Assembly (NCBI GenBank): GCA_965660545.1
Contig: CBFIAF010000019.1
Location: 2,372-66,371 of the forward strand
DNA: 64,000 nucleotides
Direction: 5' to 3'
Source of the DNA: Alphaproteobacteria bacterium
GTDB taxonomy: Bacteria; Pseudomonadota; Alphaproteobacteria; Bin95
In this document: positions 60,072-64,000 of the stretch, piece after piece
Position numbering within the stretch: position 1 is the stretch's first letter
Layout: every line of letters starts with the position of its first letter
Position numbers and translations under genes: made by a program
Notes under the pieces: generated by a model
What the model was told of the DNA's origin: nothing
What the model saw: only the letters and a program-made list of their open reading frames with translations
The model's database searches: none

Positions 60072-60950
60072 TTGGTTCTAAATGAAGCCCAAAAGGTTGA
60101 ATTCTGGAGCGATGGCTTTCTCGTTGCGGAGAATGCCGTAACGCCGAACCAGCTTCAAGCCATGCGGCAGATGATGGCGGAATGGGCAGAGGAAAGCCGG
60201 GCACATACCAAGCCGTATGGGCCGCCAACGATCGATGGCCGCGCCCGTTTCGACATGGGCGCGGAGCATTCAGCGGAACAGCCAGCGCTCCGCCGTGTCA
60301 ATAATCCGTCAGACCTCTATGGCCCCTTTCAGGAGGCGATGGAAAATTCGGCGATGACTGAGATGGTCAATGAGCTGATCGGCCCGAATCTCAAATTCCA
60401 TCACTGCAAAATCAACCAGAAGCTTCCGGGTGCTGCTACGGAAGTCCACTACCATCAGGATTTTCCGTTCACGCCACACACCAATGACGATATCGTCACC
60501 GCACTATTGATGCTCGACGATGTTGATGAGGAAAATGGTTGCTTGAAGGTCGTACCCGGCAGCCATAGAGGCCCGCTGCATTCTCTGTTCGAAGGCGACA
60601 CTTTCATTGGCCGCATGTCGGATGATGTGACGGCGAAAATGAAAGCGCGCGACTTGCCAATTACCGGCAAAGCAGGCTCTGTATGCCTAATGCACACGCG
60701 TTTGGCTCACGGGTCTGATCCGAGCAGATCTGAGACGCCGCGTGGGCTTTACATCTGTGTGTATACGGCGGCAGATGCAGTTCCTATCGCCCAAAACCCG
60801 ATGCCAAACCAAAATCAAGGCCGTGTCATCCGTGGCGAGAAACAACGGAGGGCTCGCCTGTCGCCTGGCTTGGTGGAACTGCCGGAACAGCCAAAGTCGG
60901 CGTCATTTTTTACGGTGCAGGGCCAAGCCTCCGCCACTGGTCAGGACTAA
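60072..60950 (+). CDS. PhyH-family Fe(II)/2OG dioxygenase
   Basis: YHQDF (HxD), ENGCL..PGSH, LAHGS...R. Confidence 0.85.
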   Translation: MVLNEAQKVEFWSDGFLVAENAVTPNQLQAMRQMMAEWAEESRAHTKPYGPPTIDGRARFDMGAEHSAEQPALRRVNNPSDLYGPFQEAMENSAMTEMVNELIGPNLKFHHCKINQKLPGAATEVHYHQDFPFTPHTNDDIVTALLMLDDVDEENGCLKVVPGSHRGPLHSLFEGDTFIGRMSDDVTAKMKARDLPITGKAGSVCLMHTRLAHGSDPSRSETPRGLYICVYTAADAVPIAQNPMPNQNQGRVIRGEKQRRARLSPGLVELPEQPKSASFFTVQGQASATGQD

Positions 60951-60955
60951 ATTTG

Positions 60956-62131
60956 ATGAGCCAACCGCTGCTTTTCTCACCGATGCAAATCCGGGGCATG
61001 AGCCTTAAGAACCGTTGTGTCATTGCGCCGATGCACCAATACGCCGCTGTCGATGGCTTCGCCCAGGACTGGCATTTGATGAATATTGGGCGCTATGCGG
61101 CTGGCGGCGCGGGGCTGGTTTTTGTTGAATCGACGAAGGTTGATCGGCGCGGCTGCGGAACGATCGGCGATCTGGGCCTTTGGAAAGATGATCATATTTC
61201 GGGTCATAAGCGGTTGGCTGACACAATCCGCAACTATGGCGCCGTTCCTGCTATCCAGCTTGGCCATTCTGGGCGGAAGGCCCGCCGGTTTCGGCCTTGG
61301 CAAGGCGGGAAACCGTTAACGCAAGAGGCTGCGGAAGCGGAGGGCCTAAAAGATTGGGACCAGTGGAAGCTTGTGTCTGCATCTGCGCTCGCTAATCCAG
61401 GTGACCCTGAACCGCACGGCCTGACAAAGGCCGAAGTCCAGGACCTCGTGAAGATGTGGGGCCAAGGCGTACGGCGGTCAGTAGAAGCCGGGTATGAGGC
61501 GCTCGAACTCCACGGCGCACACGGATATTTGGTGCATCAATTCCTGTCGCCATCCTCCAACGCGCGGAATGACGAATATGGCGGGTCGGAAGAAAACCGC
61601 CGTCGCTTCCTGATGGAAATCGTTGAGGAAACACGGCTTTATTGGCCAGAAGACAAGCCGCTCTTCTTGCGCCTTTCCGTGCAGGACGACGCTGGGTTCG
61701 GCCCCGATGAATCAGTGAATGTGGCAAAGGCTGTCGGTCCCATGGGCGTCGATGTGATCGACTGCTCGTCTGGCGGCATGCGCGGCTCGCCCGTGATAAG
61801 CGCCGGGCCTGTCTCCTACGGATATCAGGTGCCCTATGCCGAACGCCTCAAGCAGGACGGCGGCGTGATGAGCATGGCCGTTGGCCTAATTGTTCACGCA
61901 GACCAGGCCGAAGCTATTCTACAAAACGGCCAGGCAGACCTTATCGCGATCGCGCGGGAGGCCATGTACAATCCAAACTGGCCAATGGATGCCGCAATAA
62001 AGCTTGACGCTGATCCCTCTAGTGCGTCCGTCCCAGCTGCAGTTTCATATTGGCTCGAAAAGCGTGCCAGTTTAGTCGACATAACGCCGTCCACCTATGG
62101 GTCTGGCATTGATAAGCTTTTAGCGAATTAG
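60956..62131 (+). CDS. NADH:flavin oxidoreductase (old yellow enzyme, YqjM-like)
   Basis: LKNR..APM, QLGHSGRK, HGAHGYL..FLSP..N.R.DEYGGS.ENR. Confidence 0.88.
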   Translation: MSQPLLFSPMQIRGMSLKNRCVIAPMHQYAAVDGFAQDWHLMNIGRYAAGGAGLVFVESTKVDRRGCGTIGDLGLWKDDHISGHKRLADTIRNYGAVPAIQLGHSGRKARRFRPWQGGKPLTQEAAEAEGLKDWDQWKLVSASALANPGDPEPHGLTKAEVQDLVKMWGQGVRRSVEAGYEALELHGAHGYLVHQFLSPSSNARNDEYGGSEENRRRFLMEIVEETRLYWPEDKPLFLRLSVQDDAGFGPDESVNVAKAVGPMGVDVIDCSSGGMRGSPVISAGPVSYGYQVPYAERLKQDGGVMSMAVGLIVHADQAEAILQNGQADLIAIAREAMYNPNWPMDAAIKLDADPSSASVPAAVSYWLEKRASLVDITPSTYGSGIDKLLAN

Positions 62132-62143
62132 GAACCGAATACT

Positions 62144-64000
62144 ATGAGCGAAGAAAATCTCGTCCGTTTCGAAAAGCACGGTGCCATTGGCGTTATCACG
62201 GTGGATAATCCGCCGGTAAACGCGCTATCGCCTGGCGTGCCTGAAGGCATCATTGCGTCGGTCGATGCAGGCGTCGCGGACCCGGACGTGAAAGCCATGG
62301 TGCTGATTGGCGCTGGGCGCAGCTTCATTGCGGGCGCTGATATCCGCCAGTTCGGTAAAGGCCGCCCGCCCTTAAAACGCAAAACCTATGACGCGTTTGA
62401 AGAATCCTCAAAGCCTATTGTCGCTGCTATCCATGGATATGCGCTTGGCGGCGGGCTAGAGAATGCGCTTGGCTGCCATTACCGCATCGCCGTCACCAGC
62501 GCCAAAGTGGGGTTGCCGGAAGTTCTGATCGGCTTGCTGCCGGGCGGTGGCGGCACCCAGCGCCTGCCGCGGCTAATTGGGCCGAAGACAGCACTTGATC
62601 TCATTGTATCCGGGCGTCACGTCCCAGCCGAAGAAGCTGCTGGCATGGGTATCCTGGATCGGGTGATTCCGGCAGACGGCGACTTGCTTGCTGAAGCCAT
62701 CAAGCTGGCTGAAGAGAAGGCTGATGTCCGCCCACTGCCAATGATCCGCAATGACGATTCCAGGCTTGGCGAAGCGTCGGCGGACGGGGACATCTTCGAA
62801 GCCAAAAAGAAGCAGATCGCTCGCAAAGCCCGTAACCAGATTGCGCCTTATAACAACATCAAAGCCGTGCAGGCTGCTTGCGAATTGCGGTTCGATGAAG
62901 GGATCAAGCGTGAGCGGGAGCTGTTCGAAGAACTGGTGAGCTCAGACGAATCCAAGGCGCTCCGCTATGCCTTCTTCGCCGAGCGGGAAGCCCAGAAGTT
63001 GCCTGACGTACCGAAAGGCACGCCCGTCCGCGATATCAAAACCGCCGCCGTCATTGGCGCTGGCACCATGGGCGGTGGCATCGCCATGTGCTTCGCGGAT
63101 GCCGGCATTCCGGTGAAGGTGCTGGAAGCGTCTCAAGAGGCGCTCGACAAAGGCTTTGAGCGTATTCGCAACAATTACGAAGTCAGCGTGAAGCGCGGGT
63201 CGCTCGATGCGGATGAAATGGAGGCCCGTTTCGCCCGCATTGAGAAGGTCACCAATTATGATGATATCGGCCAGAGCGATGTCGTAATTGAAGCAGTTTA
63301 TGAAGAGATGTCCGTTAAGGAGGTCGTCTTCAAAGAGCTCGACCGGGTAATGAAACCGGGTGCGGTTCTGCTATCCAACACCTCCGCTTTGGATATTGAC
63401 CAGATTGCGGCAGCAACCTCCCGCCCGGAAGAAGTTGGAGGCGCACATTTCTTCAGCCCAGCCAATGTTATGAAACTACTGGAAGTGGTGAAAGGCTCGA
63501 AAACGTCCCCGGAAATTACCGCGACGACCATGGCGCTTGGCAAGACCATCTCCAAAGCCCCAGCAGCTTGCGGCAATTGTGACGGCTTCCTCGCCAATCG
63601 CAGCCGCGCGCCGTTTAATTCAGAAATGGTTATCATGCTTGAAGAAGGCTGCATGCCAGAGCAGGTGGACAAAGTGATGATCGATTTCGGCTACCCCATG
63701 GGGCCGTTCGCTGTGGGCGATTTGGCAGGCCTTGATATCGGCCATGCCGGGCGCGTACGTCGGGCGGAAGCTGATCCGAATTACCGGATGCTGCCCATCG
63801 CCGACAAACTGGTTGAAATGGGCCGCCTTGGCCAAAAAACGGGTGCGGGCTGGTTTAAATATGCAAAGGGTGATCGCACACCGCATCCTGATCCCGTTGT
63901 GGCCGACCTGATCCGCACGATGTCGACAGAAATGGGCAACGCGCCACGGGATTTCACCGAAGATGAAATCCTGAAACGTCTACTGTTCTCGTCCGTAAAT
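62144..64000 (+). CDS. Fused enoyl-CoA hydratase / 3-hydroxyacyl-CoA dehydrogenase (runs off the window end)
   Basis: Manual translation from ATG 62144: [58 protein letters not shown]. Confidence 0.88.
   Translation, partial: MSEENLVRFEKHGAIGVITVDNPPVNALSPGVPEGIIASVDAGVADPDVKAMVLIGAGRSFIAGADIRQFGKGRPPLKRKTYDAFEESSKPIVAAIHGYALGGGLENALGCHYRIAVTSAKVGLPEVLIGLLPGGGGTQRLPRLIGPKTALDLIVSGRHVPAEEAAGMGILDRVIPADGDLLAEAIKLAEEKADVRPLPMIRNDDSRLGEASADGDIFEAKKKQIARKARNQIAPYNNIKAVQAACELRFDEGIKRERELFEELVSSDESKALRYAFFAEREAQKLPDVPKGTPVRDIKTAAVIGAGTMGGGIAMCFADAGIPVKVLEASQEALDKGFERIRNNYEVSVKRGSLDADEMEARFARIEKVTNYDDIGQSDVVIEAVYEEMSVKEVVFKELDRVMKPGAVLLSNTSALDIDQIAAATSRPEEVGGAHFFSPANVMKLLEVVKGSKTSPEITATTMALGKTISKAPAACGNCDGFLANRSRAPFNSEMVIMLEEGCMPEQVDKVMIDFGYPMGPFAVGDLAGLDIGHAGRVRRAEADPNYRMLPIADKLVEMGRLGQKTGAGWFKYAKGDRTPHPDPVVADLIRTMSTEMGNAPRDFTEDEILKRLLFSSVN

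Overview
A 64 kb chromosomal segment of a GC-rich Alphaproteobacterium, probably Rhodospirillales-like (short-form AhcY, xerC-DUF484-fsa/priA-atpHAGDC synteny, ahcY-divL pair). Intact core genes (xerC, fsa/tal, priA, F1 ATP synthase, DinG helicase, dusA, ahcY, divL) alternate with accessory catabolic clusters. These include a nicotinate-type Mo-hydroxylase/6-hydroxynicotinate reductase cluster with a divergent MarR and hydantoinase/oxoprolinase pair, several Fe(II)/2-oxoglutarate oxygenases and CoA-dependent enzymes. The main hidden signal is a gene that the ORF track splits in two (35385-36257, minus strand). It is one GrdB/PrdB-like selenoprotein with an in-frame UGA in a U-x-x-C motif and a well-formed bacterial SECIS hairpin. 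It heads an apparent operon with a TauD dioxygenase, a class III CoA-transferase and a broken PhyH gene. The divergent neighbour, a GFA-family gene, also has an in-frame UGA exactly at a conserved Cys. Other points: about 7 decaying accessory pseudogenes, two BoxC-like palindromic doublets, and a structured RNA candidate with an intrinsic terminator upstream of a dinJ-yafQ locus whose toxin is broken. No rRNA, tRNA, CRISPR array or transposase was seen. Family calls rest on motif recognition, not database searches.
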